Origin: Waddlia chondrophila WSU 86-1044
GTDB taxonomy: Bacteria > Chlamydiota > Chlamydiia > Chlamydiales > Waddliaceae
Assembly (NCBI RefSeq): GCF_000092785.1
Contig: NC_014225.1
Location: 539,340 to 571,339, forward strand
Reading direction: 5' to 3'
Length of the DNA: 32,000 bases
Part shown: piece after piece, positions 1-8,661 of the stretch
How the letters are laid out: every line of letters starts with the position of its first letter
Numbering within the stretch: position 1 is the first letter of the stretch
Position numbers and translations under genes: made by a program
Notes under the pieces: generated by a model
What the model was told of the DNA's origin: nothing
What the model saw: only the letters and a program-made list of their open reading frames with translations
The model's database searches: none

Positions 1-1092
1 TTCCTTGGTCGATCTTGTGACTTTTATGTTTTCTTTTTCTGTCTTATCGGAATCTGGTTCGGCTTTCGCTTTTGGAACTTCTGCAGTCCAACTAATCTCC
101 GTAACGTTGTGTGATTCTAATTCCATGATTGCTTCAACGATTTCCCGATACTGTTTACTATCTAATTTCGTTTTCGATGCCAATTCCAATTGATTAGGAT
201 TTGCAGATACAGTTCCATCAAATCTTACCAGCATACCCTTTAAATTTTCGATTCTGACCATTGTTTCAGCAGCTTTTTGAGCTTGTTCAGTAGAACCTGA
301 TGTAAGAGTTTTCCTTAACTCACCGATACTACTTTTTCGTCGTGAGGGTTGTGTTTGAGTGGGCGAATCCCTAGAAAGTAAATGCATTGATGTAGAGCTA
401 GGATCAGAGTCTATTTCCTCGAAGCTAACTCTAAGAGGGGTTTTGGACCCTTTTTCTTCCGGCAACGTAGAGATAGGCCCAAGGTCTTCAATGTTTTGGC
501 CGGAAGGATCCATTTCCTCAAAGCGAACTTTAGTAGTGAGGTTTTCGGTTTTTTTTTCTGGCGGTTTAGGCAGAGGCTTTGGCGGAGATTTTTCAGATGA
601 ACTTTTGATTAATTGACCGATATTCGACTGTTCAAAGGCTTTGACCACCTTTGATGCACTTGATCCAAGAGCGGCTAAATCTGGATCCTCACTGCCTGCT
701 AATTCTCCAAGGGTTCTTTGTTCGCCGCCTTTTAGTTTTACTTTTGTGTGCTCCGGATCATCCAATTTAGCGGTTATTTGGTATCCCGATAATTTTGCGA
801 TAGACGCAGCATCCATGCTATCGACAATCTTATCGACAACACTTGCAAGATCAGCTCGGTCTGAACCTGCTTTTTGGACATGTTCTCTGAGTTTAGCGTC
901 GTTGAAGCCTACACGAACTTTATAGCTTCTTTCAGTGCCGTCAGGCATCTGCATTTTGACACTATAAGAAGCAAATGTCTTTCCGGATTCTCCAGTTTCC
1001 AACTCGCCGACACGTGTAGCTGTTCCCATTTTTTGCGGTTGGCCATTCTCGGAAACAGACATTTGAAGGTGAGAATCGCCACTTATTGACAT
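1..1092 (-). CDS. Hypothetical protein, 5'-complete, 3' end runs off the window (364 codons open); absent from the supplied ORF track
   Basis: My own minus-strand translation from ATG at 1092-1090 (MSISGDSHLQMSVSENGQPQKMGTATRVGELETGESGK...) stays open to base 1. An AAGGT SD-like motif lies ~9 nt upstream. Only short + strand ORFs occur here. Lys/Pro/Ser/Glu-rich with a repeated [KR]V[RS]FEE[MI]D motif. No family recognised. Confidence 0.7.
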   Translation of the reverse strand, partial: MSISGDSHLQMSVSENGQPQKMGTATRVGELETGESGKTFASYSVKMQMPDGTERSYKVRVGFNDAKLREHVQKAGSDRADLASVVDKIVDSMDAASIAKLSGYQITAKLDDPEHTKVKLKGGEQRTLGELAGSEDPDLAALGSSASKVVKAFEQSNIGQLIKSSSEKSPPKPLPKPPEKKTENLTTKVRFEEMDPSGQNIEDLGPISTLPEEKGSKTPLRVSFEEIDSDPSSTSMHLLSRDSPTQTQPSRRKSSIGELRKTLTSGSTEQAQKAAETMVRIENLKGMLVRFDGTVSANPNQLELASKTKLDSKQYREIVEAIMELESHNVTEISWTAEVPKAKAEPDSDKTEKENIKVTRSTKE

Positions 1093-1160
1093 TTTTAATT
1101 ACCTTATTAAGCATGACCACGCCCAATTATATCAAATAAAAATTTTATACACAAATGTGA

Positions 1161-4121
1161 TTAAGTGGAAAATATAGGTAATAGAGGTTTATTTAGGCTT
1201 TGAAATTTCCGGTTTTCAGATTCAAGAAGCTCTTTTTCTGCAAATACGACTGTCACGCTTTCCTGCATTTGTGGAGCAAGGTGAGTTTTAACTGCTTCTT
1301 TGACCTGCTCTCGAGTAAGAGACAGGACTTGATTGCGATACTGTTGCCTGATTTCAAGCGATTTGCCGCTGCGAAGCCAAGAATATGCGGTGTATGCGCG
1401 GCTTCCGGGGCTGATGGGGCTGTCCAGCCCTTGAATGATTTCCAGTTTTGCCTCTTCCAAATCCTCTTCAGAAAAGCTGCCTTCAGCAATTTTTTGTACA
1501 GAAAGCGCAAAAGCGTCTAGAGAAGAGGCGATGCAAGGATCGCGATAGGTGTAAAAAGTGAATGTTCCTTGTGTGGCATGATTGATCGCACCTGCTCCAT
1601 AGGCGCCTCCTTTTTCCCGAATTTGAGGATGTAGGATCAGATTGTCGAACATTTTGGCTGCTGCGGTAATGGCAGGAGTATCGGGGTGTTTATAGGGGAT
1701 GCTCCTGGTTGCTGTCGATGTGAAGGCAACAGGGGAAGCGATGATTCGTCCTTGCGATTCTACTTTTGGAATTTGATGATTAGTTATCCAGTGAGCAGCT
1801 TCCTTGGTTTCTATTTCGCAAAGGCCGTAACAATGCTCTTTTTTCAACGCTTCATAGTCGGAGGCGCTGCAGGAAAGCACCAAGTGGGGAGATCCGGCTC
1901 CAAGCAATCGATTTTGAAGTGATTGCAAAGATGTAATCAACGATTCCAGGCGGGAATCGAGGTTTTCCATCAGTTCTTTTAGAAAATGATAGTAAGTTAA
2001 GCCTCCCATTACTTGGTTGATCCGATTTGCGGGGCTGAATGGGGATGTGGAAAGTCCCATGGCGTAGCGAAGAGCGTTTTGAGTAAATTTGCTTTGCATG
2101 CCGGTAAAATGTTTAACGAGCACCTCTTTGATGCGAGAGGCATCGGTAAAATCGGTGGATGTTGTCATTTCTCGCAGCAGCTTGAACAGCTTGCCTTGGT
2201 TTCTCTTTAATGCTTTCCCTTCGATGGTAAGATAAGGATCCAGCAAGCTGGGATCACTTATCTGAGCATTGAGGGTTTCCGACACGCTGATGCCGCCAGT
2301 ATGTGCTTGAATATACTCCAAATTCTCAATGTAGGAGCGGCCGCCGCAGCCCAATTGAGGAAGGAGAAGCGTAAATAAGCGTAAAAAGGGGAGCTCTTGC
2401 TCTTCAATACGTGGAAGAGGGAAGACCAGGTCGCTGTAGATGATCTCATTGGTGAAACAGTCGTGGTGGTACAGGGTAAAGTTGTTGAAGGCCTCTTGTT
2501 CAAGAGGAAAATTCATAGAATTTTTTGGCACATCTTTGAGAGAAATCTTGGGGAGGATATCGATATTGATCTCTTCCTGCTCTTTTTGAAAGGCGGAGAG
2601 CTCTGCTGCGCGTTTGACGAGAAACTCCTTTTGAGAATCATCAAGAGCAATTTCTTTTTCTTTCAGTTTTTTTTCTTCCAACTCCCTTTCTTTATTGTTT
2701 AACTCAGGATCAGGAGCGGCAAGGATGGAGACAAAATGAGGATTGTGGATGAAGTGCTTTGTGATCAGTTCACTTAGGTAGCGAGGATTTTTTTTGAGTT
2801 TTGCGAGCAAGTCATCGCAGAGGGAATGAACGAGAAGGCTGCTCTCCGGATTTCCACCGTGTTGCATCAAGAGGCCGCAGCGTAAAAAAAGGGAAAGACC
2901 GTAAGGGTAATGATCGCCGGTGATCTCGCTGCGGTGGAATTCTACCTGATGCAGGGCGCTTTGGATAAGAGTGTCAGAGAGGCCTTGCTCTGCGATCTCC
3001 TGCAACTTTTCTTTGATAAGAATTTTCAACTTCTGGATATTGTCAGGATTGCACCCTTTGACAACGATCGATACAGGAATTTCGCTGTTATCGTCGCCAA
3101 CGCTTGCAAAGACTTGCTTGCACAAGCCTGATTTTAAAAGTGCTTTTTTAAGCGGCGCTGCGTCTGTTCCGAAGAGAACAAGAGTAATGATTTCTAGCGC
3201 TAATGTGGTTTCTTGCTCCAAAATCCCGCAGGTTAGCCACCCGAAAGCCGCCATTGCTTGCTCGGAAGGATCTTCATCGCGTGAAAAGGGGTAGCCGATC
3301 TCTTTGCTTTTCTCTTCTTGAAATCGCTTTTGTCTAGAAAGATGGGGGATCGGTTCAACTTTTTCCACTCCTGAGAGGATGTTTTTTTGAATAAAATCAA
3401 GGTGGCGCTCAACAGGGAGATTTCCGTAAAAATAGAAGAGGCAGCGGCTGGGATGGTAGAATTTGCTGTGGAAAGCTTTAAGTTCTTCGTAGGTAAGTTC
3501 CGGAATCACCATGGGGTCTCCTCCGGAGTTGACGCTATAGGTCAAATCGGGAAATAGAGCGTGGTCGATCGCATTGTACAACCTTTGATCCGGAGAGGCC
3601 ATGGCGCCTTTCATTTCGTTGTAGACGATCCCTTTATATTCTAGAGGGCTTGAAGGGTCTTCGGGGATGGAAAACTCAAGTCGATGCCCTTCTTGAAGGA
3701 AACTGTATTCTTTGAGATTGGGATGAAAAACCGCATCTAAGTAGACTTCTAAAAGATTGTAAAAATCCTGAGGGACTTGGGATGCGGCAGGATAACAGGT
3801 GAAGTCGTCTCCCGTAAAGGCGTTCATAAAGGTGTTGAGGCTGCGTCTGGTCATGGAGAAGAACGGGTCTTTAACAGGGAATTTTTTTGAACCGCAGAGC
3901 ACTGTGTGCTCTAGAATGTGCGCAACCCCGTTTGAAGTTTCGGGGATGGTGCGGAAGGAGAGGCAAAACACATTTTCCGGATCGTTGTTTTCGATGTGGA
4001 GAACTTTTGCTCCAGAGGGTTCGTGTTCAATTTCTCTTAACAGGCAATTGATTTCCGGAAGAGGGACTAATCTTTTCAGTTTAAATGCGTTGTAGGTGTC
4101 GCCGATCTTATTCAAAGCCAT
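1161..4121 (-). CDS. Presequence-protease-like M16C zinc metallopeptidase (pitrilysin/PreP family)
   Basis: 986-aa ORF with ATG start. Inverted zinc motif HxxEH (GVAHILEHTVLCGS) sits near the N-terminus. Length and N-terminal block (KFPVKDPFF...LNTFMNAFT) are typical of PreP/Cym1-type M16C enzymes. Confidence 0.9.
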   Translation of the reverse strand: MALNKIGDTYNAFKLKRLVPLPEINCLLREIEHEPSGAKVLHIENNDPENVFCLSFRTIPETSNGVAHILEHTVLCGSKKFPVKDPFFSMTRRSLNTFMNAFTGDDFTCYPAASQVPQDFYNLLEVYLDAVFHPNLKEYSFLQEGHRLEFSIPEDPSSPLEYKGIVYNEMKGAMASPDQRLYNAIDHALFPDLTYSVNSGGDPMVIPELTYEELKAFHSKFYHPSRCLFYFYGNLPVERHLDFIQKNILSGVEKVEPIPHLSRQKRFQEEKSKEIGYPFSRDEDPSEQAMAAFGWLTCGILEQETTLALEIITLVLFGTDAAPLKKALLKSGLCKQVFASVGDDNSEIPVSIVVKGCNPDNIQKLKILIKEKLQEIAEQGLSDTLIQSALHQVEFHRSEITGDHYPYGLSLFLRCGLLMQHGGNPESSLLVHSLCDDLLAKLKKNPRYLSELITKHFIHNPHFVSILAAPDPELNNKERELEEKKLKEKEIALDDSQKEFLVKRAAELSAFQKEQEEINIDILPKISLKDVPKNSMNFPLEQEAFNNFTLYHHDCFTNEIIYSDLVFPLPRIEEQELPFLRLFTLLLPQLGCGGRSYIENLEYIQAHTGGISVSETLNAQISDPSLLDPYLTIEGKALKRNQGKLFKLLREMTTSTDFTDASRIKEVLVKHFTGMQSKFTQNALRYAMGLSTSPFSPANRINQVMGGLTYYHFLKELMENLDSRLESLITSLQSLQNRLLGAGSPHLVLSCSASDYEALKKEHCYGLCEIETKEAAHWITNHQIPKVESQGRIIASPVAFTSTATRSIPYKHPDTPAITAAAKMFDNLILHPQIREKGGAYGAGAINHATQGTFTFYTYRDPCIASSLDAFALSVQKIAEGSFSEEDLEEAKLEIIQGLDSPISPGSRAYTAYSWLRSGKSLEIRQQYRNQVLSLTREQVKEAVKTHLAPQMQESVTVVFAEKELLESENRKFQSLNKPLLPIFST

Positions 4122-4193
4122 AATATATCCTTCATTAAGGTTTTGAAGATATCTTATTGTTCCTTTAATGCCAATGGTTTATAATAGTTCCTT

Positions 4194-5042
4194 ATGAAGA
4201 AAGTTCATTTGTTGCCCAATGCTGTGACTGCTTTCGGCCTCTCTTGTGGGTTGTTTGTCATTTTTAAGTTGAATATGACTCCCATAGGAGGTGCGTCAAT
4301 GCAGGTGCTGACGCAGACAGCGGGGATTTTGCTTCTTGCTGCGATCGCCGATCTTCTAGATGGGGGGATTGCACGGGCGATGAATGCTGAAAGCGAATTT
4401 GGCGGATTTTTTGATTCGATGGCAGACGCGGTCACCTTTGGTGTTGCCCCGTCGGTGATTGTGCTGAAGAGTTTTTCCGTTGAACCGGGGACTGAGCTAT
4501 CGTTTTTTTTAACGATATCGGTCATGGTCTTTTCGTTATGCGGTGTGCTTCGGTTGGTGCGTTTTAGCGTTAGTGCGCAGACCGCTAAAGGAAGCGAGGA
4601 TCTTTTGTCGGCGCACAAGAAAAATTTTGTCGGACTTCCCATTCCTGGAGCTGCGGCTGCGGCGGTTTCTTTGAATTTATTTTTAGCTTCCGATCTTTTC
4701 AACAGCCTTTTTTCTTTGACCGATGAGTTGCGGGCATCCTTGCTTGTTTTTGTCATGATTTCTCTTGGCTATTTAATGGTTTGCCGCTGGAAGTTTCCCA
4801 GTTTGAAAACACTTCGTTTAAAGGTGTTTTCGTTTCAACAGGTCTTTTTTATTGTTCTGATTGCTGTGGTGATCTTCTACGGCATCATGTACCATTTCGC
4901 AACGGTCTTTTTTATCTTTTCTTGGGGATATATTGCTCTTGCGATGACTTTGTCATTGATCCGGTTAATTTCTGGAAAACGATCCAAAACATTAGAAGAT
5001 TTTGAGCCCGCCCCGGACGATATCGAGTTTACCGATCAATGA
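4194..5042 (+). CDS. pssA: CDP-diacylglycerol--serine O-phosphatidyltransferase (CDP-alcohol phosphatidyltransferase family)
   Basis: 282-aa polytopic membrane protein with an exact CDP-alcohol PT signature D-x2-D-G-x2-A-R-x8-G-x3-D-x3-D (DLLDGGIARAMNAESEFGGFFDSMAD). Size and topology fit bacterial type II PssA. Serine specificity is inferred. Confidence 0.75.
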   Translation: MKKVHLLPNAVTAFGLSCGLFVIFKLNMTPIGGASMQVLTQTAGILLLAAIADLLDGGIARAMNAESEFGGFFDSMADAVTFGVAPSVIVLKSFSVEPGTELSFFLTISVMVFSLCGVLRLVRFSVSAQTAKGSEDLLSAHKKNFVGLPIPGAAAAAVSLNLFLASDLFNSLFSLTDELRASLLVFVMISLGYLMVCRWKFPSLKTLRLKVFSFQQVFFIVLIAVVIFYGIMYHFATVFFIFSWGYIALAMTLSLIRLISGKRSKTLEDFEPAPDDIEFTDQ

Positions 5043-5653
5043 AATAAACGCCAAAGTCCTACGAGGACGCCGTGGATCGTGAGTTGGTCATGGCGAAGGG
5101 CGGTTTCCTCTTTTGACAGAGAAGTGATCAGCCGGACAGAGTTTCCCTCCGGAAAGTATTGTTTGACAAATGTGCGGCGGTCTTCCAAGGCGCCGATGAT
5201 AATTTCTCCGGCAAGCGCCTCAGATCTTGCCTCTGTTAAAAGGAGATCTCCGTCTTGGATCATTTCTTGAGATAAAGAGTCTCCTTTGGCGCGAAGAACA
5301 TAGGTTTTCTCTACATTGTGGACCAGGAATTTAGGAACGGTCAATGTCTGGGTAAGCGGAAATGTTTCAATCGGGACTCCTCCCATGATATGTCCGATGA
5401 ACGGCAGCTCCGCTTCCGCAGATTCCTTTTGTTGGGGAGTGCTATCGCAAGGAGTGATCGAGCGGCGGCTGTTTTTTTTGGTCGTAATGGCGCCTTTACT
5501 CTGGAGAACACCCAAGTGTTTGGATACCGAGGCGATTGATAGGAATCCGAAGTGTTCCATGATTTCCCGATAACTCGGAGAGTATCTGTTGCTTTTGATA
5601 TACTCCTGAATGTAATCGAAAATTTCCCTTTGCCTTTTGGTCAAACCCTTCAT
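5036..5653 (-). CDS. lexA: LexA-type repressor (N-terminal wHTH plus C-terminal S24 self-cleaving peptidase)
   Basis: 205 aa. N-terminus MKGLTKRQREIFDYIQEYI...SPSYREIMEHFGF aligns with the LexA DNA-binding domain. LPFIGHIMGGVP matches the cleavage loop (G91-G92 where E. coli has A84-G85). KGDSL supplies Ser126 and FVKQY supplies Lys164 (Ser/Lys dyad). ATGA overlap with the upstream gene. Confidence 0.85.
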   Translation of the reverse strand: MKGLTKRQREIFDYIQEYIKSNRYSPSYREIMEHFGFLSIASVSKHLGVLQSKGAITTKKNSRRSITPCDSTPQQKESAEAELPFIGHIMGGVPIETFPLTQTLTVPKFLVHNVEKTYVLRAKGDSLSQEMIQDGDLLLTEARSEALAGEIIIGALEDRRTFVKQYFPEGNSVRLITSLSKEETALRHDQLTIHGVLVGLWRLFH

Positions 5654-6321
5654 TGAGCAGTCCCTTTTTTTTCAAATAAAATCTTATCAAACATAAGGGC
5701 GGTCAACCACATGATCAAAGCTGTTGCGAGAATATCGGAAAAGAAATGGCCTCCTTGCAAGATGCGGGCGGCTCCAAGTCCGAAGCCTAGTAAAAGGCTG
5801 ACAAAGGTTCCTAAAATTGAGATCCACGGCTTCTTCAAGCGTTTCCCTAAAAAATAAAAAGAGAAAAACGCAAATCCCATGGTGCAGTGGCCGCAGGGAA
5901 ACGACTTCATCGATTTGGATTGTTTGCTGAAGTTGGGTTTCCAAAACGGACGGTACTCTTCTGTTCCTCCAAACTCGATCACCTGCCTTGGACGAGGGCG
6001 TCCCCAATGGTCTTTCAACAGGGCGTGGGTAATGAATCCTGCTCCGATTGCCAATGTGGCAACAAGGTAGAGTGCTTGCTTTCTATATCGCTTGTATTTG
6101 TTTACTAGATAAGAGACGATGAGTGCGATCAGGGAAAAGGCGATCAGCAGCTGCCCTGGAAGCAACCCCCATTTGAAGATAAAGTCAAGCAAGGGACCGG
6201 AGTGGAAAGAGTTTGTTAAATAGCTCATTTGCGACAAGGCAAGATCAATCGTTGAGGTAAAGGGAGCAATGAGGAAAAGCAGGGCGATAGGGGAGAACCA
6301 CATCAAATGAGAACTGTTCAT
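5650..6321 (-). CDS. PAP2-superfamily integral membrane phosphatase (lipid phosphate phosphatase type)
   Basis: 223 aa and multi-TM. The three PAP2 motifs are present: KDHWGRPRP (Kx6RP), PCGH (PSGH variant) and ARILQGGHFFSD (Rx5Hx3D). ATGA overlaps with both neighbours. Substrate unknown. Confidence 0.8.
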   Translation of the reverse strand: MNSSHLMWFSPIALLFLIAPFTSTIDLALSQMSYLTNSFHSGPLLDFIFKWGLLPGQLLIAFSLIALIVSYLVNKYKRYRKQALYLVATLAIGAGFITHALLKDHWGRPRPRQVIEFGGTEEYRPFWKPNFSKQSKSMKSFPCGHCTMGFAFFSFYFLGKRLKKPWISILGTFVSLLLGFGLGAARILQGGHFFSDILATALIMWLTALMFDKILFEKKGTAQ

Positions 6322-8549
6322 GACGTGTTTTGGTTATGGGGGTAATAGTACAATTCACTGTGTTCAACTTGGTCGAAGCAGGTGACAAAGGCGAGAACTC
6401 CACAGTTTTGCGATTGATTGATCACAAGCTGAAGGTAATCTGCGTACTCTTCATAGGAATCGCTGTTTTCAAAATGTTGGAGACATAAAAATGTTAAATC
6501 GGCTTTGCTGGAATACTTTTCCATGTAGAGAAACGGATCAAAAGCGTTCGATTCGTGGATGATTTTTGGAGTCATCTTCAAACGGCTTTTTGTCACAAAC
6601 TGCTGAATATATTCTTTTAGAGGGTCTTGAGCGCTTGGATGTGGAGAGAGAACATTCAGGTACACTTTGGTGTTGCGCCATGTTTTGCTATCATAAAGGG
6701 TTTTTACCAAAGAAGCGGCCAGATTGAAGCTTTTGCTCGATGTACCGTCCCACCATAGATCAATCCGCTTTTTCGGGCTGATGGACGGCTTGATGAACCG
6801 CTTGTCTGCTACCTTCTTAGAGTCTTTAAAAAAAATCAAATTTTTTTGCATCGTACGGCAGGCATCGACAATTTCAATCAATTTTTCAATATCGGGATTT
6901 TCAACATCCAAGTCAACAAGAATTGTATTTGGTTGAATCGGCCCGATTCCGAAGGTCTTAATCATGTTCAGCATCCCTTCATGCAGAGATGGAGCAGGCA
7001 GGACTTCCAGCAGACAGCCGATATTTTGCTTCATGAAGTGATTCTCCAGAGATTGTCTGGAAGCTGCGATCTTTTCGGCGCTAGACCAAGTATCCTCAGG
7101 AACGATCGATCCGAAAGTCAGAATGCCGCTTCGTCTTGTCAGTTGGTGGGATAAGTGGACAAGTTTTTTCGATTGAGTCGGAGAAGAGGGGAATACCAAG
7201 AGCTGAGGATGCCAAACGATCGCGTATTCCGCAGGATTGGATAAATGGTAGAGTGCAAAGCGGGAGAAAAAGAAAACGACACTTTCTCTTAGATCTTGGA
7301 ATCCGGCATCCAAATTGCGCTTTTGAAGCAATAGCAGGATTGCAATGACTAAAAAGATCGATCCGAAAGACCACAGAGGGGAGATGATAATCATGAGGAA
7401 TAAAGAGAGAAAAACACCCAGCATGGGAATGGACCAATGGATTCTGAATTGCGGCCGCCAGCTTGGAGTGTTCATTAATTCTGCGATTGCTGCGATGAAA
7501 TTCAACATGCCATAAGTGATTAGGCAGATCATTGTCAAAATGGGAAGAATTTGGTCTAGCGTAGTAAAAAGGATGATGAAAAGGGAAGCGATTGTTGTCA
7601 GCAGCAGAGACCAGATCGGCTCTTGATACTTGCCGATTGTCTTTGCGAAGACAACTGGTGCAACTCCGTCTTCTGCTAAGCTTTGAAAGATTCTCGGAGC
7701 TCCGACAAGGCTTCCAAGCGCACTGGAAAGAGTGGCGCAAAACACCCCTAGGATCACAAGTTTTGAGCTATAGGCATAGGAAACGAGCACGAAAGGATCA
7801 GATTTAAGTAGTGTCAACGGGATCTTTTGATAAACGAAGATCGAAAGCAGAGCGTAGGTGAGCGCGACAAAGATTAAAGAGCTGATATTTCCATAAGCAA
7901 GAGATTTTGCCGGATTTTTTAAATTGCCTGAAAGAGCCATGCCTGCCTCAATTCCGGTTAGGGCAGGGTAAAATAGGGCGAACGCTGCAAGGAAAGTGAG
8001 GCTGCCGCCTGGATAGAAGGGGGTGATATCTTTCGGAGCAGGGATCTGATTGGAAGACCCCAAAAAAACGGAGCCGATCGCTAAGAGAATGAGTGCAAAA
8101 ATCACTCCTTGTGCACGCAGAGCAAGGGAGGTGGAAATACAAGCAAGTAAAGATAAGGCGATGAGAGCTGCGACTTCGACCTGTACTGGAGTGAAAGCTG
8201 GGAAAATGTCGCAAAAAAGGTATGCGAAACCGGTAATGGTCAAGGAGATCGAGATGAGTTGCGCAAGATAGACAGCAATTCCCACTGCACCGCCAAGTTC
8301 GATGCCCAATGTGCGCGTGATGAGATAATACACGCCTCCTGTTCCCACCTCCATGTTCGTTGCGATTGAAGCAATGGAAAAACTTGTGATCAACATGAAA
8401 GTCAGTGAAAGCGCGATGACAGCCAATTGAGGCCATAATCCGATGTGCGAGACGATAATCGGAAGGCGTAAAAATAAAATGACGCCGAACATCATCGTGA
8501 CATTAGGGATGAATACCCCTTTGATGAGGCCGAATTTTTTATCTTCCAT
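6318..8549 (-). CDS. APC-superfamily cation-chloride cotransporter homologue (SLC12-like) with a ~290-aa cytosolic C-terminal domain
   Basis: 743 aa with ATG start. N-terminal block KGVFIPNVTMMFGVILFLRLPIIVSHIG resembles the conserved TM1 region of SLC12/CCC transporters. About 12 hydrophobic segments are followed by a large soluble tail. Ion specificity cannot be read from sequence. Confidence 0.7.
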   Translation of the reverse strand: MEDKKFGLIKGVFIPNVTMMFGVILFLRLPIIVSHIGLWPQLAVIALSLTFMLITSFSIASIATNMEVGTGGVYYLITRTLGIELGGAVGIAVYLAQLISISLTITGFAYLFCDIFPAFTPVQVEVAALIALSLLACISTSLALRAQGVIFALILLAIGSVFLGSSNQIPAPKDITPFYPGGSLTFLAAFALFYPALTGIEAGMALSGNLKNPAKSLAYGNISSLIFVALTYALLSIFVYQKIPLTLLKSDPFVLVSYAYSSKLVILGVFCATLSSALGSLVGAPRIFQSLAEDGVAPVVFAKTIGKYQEPIWSLLLTTIASLFIILFTTLDQILPILTMICLITYGMLNFIAAIAELMNTPSWRPQFRIHWSIPMLGVFLSLFLMIIISPLWSFGSIFLVIAILLLLQKRNLDAGFQDLRESVVFFFSRFALYHLSNPAEYAIVWHPQLLVFPSSPTQSKKLVHLSHQLTRRSGILTFGSIVPEDTWSSAEKIAASRQSLENHFMKQNIGCLLEVLPAPSLHEGMLNMIKTFGIGPIQPNTILVDLDVENPDIEKLIEIVDACRTMQKNLIFFKDSKKVADKRFIKPSISPKKRIDLWWDGTSSKSFNLAASLVKTLYDSKTWRNTKVYLNVLSPHPSAQDPLKEYIQQFVTKSRLKMTPKIIHESNAFDPFLYMEKYSSKADLTFLCLQHFENSDSYEEYADYLQLVINQSQNCGVLAFVTCFDQVEHSELYYYPHNQNTS

Positions 8550-8661
8550 TAGTCAAAATTTTAATCATGAGTCGGCTCAAGCATATCATAGAAATAAGGA
8601 CTGGTCAAATTTAACCGGCCAACGTAGAATCAGGCTCCGTTAATTGAGTTGATCTTGCCGT

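Noticed and set aside
4205-4756. 183-aa ORF antisense to pssA
   Set aside because: It lies entirely inside a gene with an exact CDP-alcohol phosphatidyltransferase signature. Its sequence is low-complexity (Ala/Ser/Lys/Arg-rich) with no recognisable motif, typical of a shadow ORF.
7096-8436. 214-aa (7096-7740) and 162-aa (7948-8436) same-strand alternative-frame ORFs inside the SLC12-like transporter gene
   Set aside because: They are out-of-frame readings of a well-supported 743-aa membrane protein gene. The products are Arg/Ser/His/Cys-rich with no start context or family resemblance.
8550-8661. Search for a LexA operator in the rmuC / transporter-operon divergent region
   Set aside because: There is no CTGT-N8-ACAG, GAAC-N4-GTTC or other strong palindrome. 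I found only weak ones (TGAG-N4-CTCA, AAAATTTT, TCATGA), so no operator feature is called.
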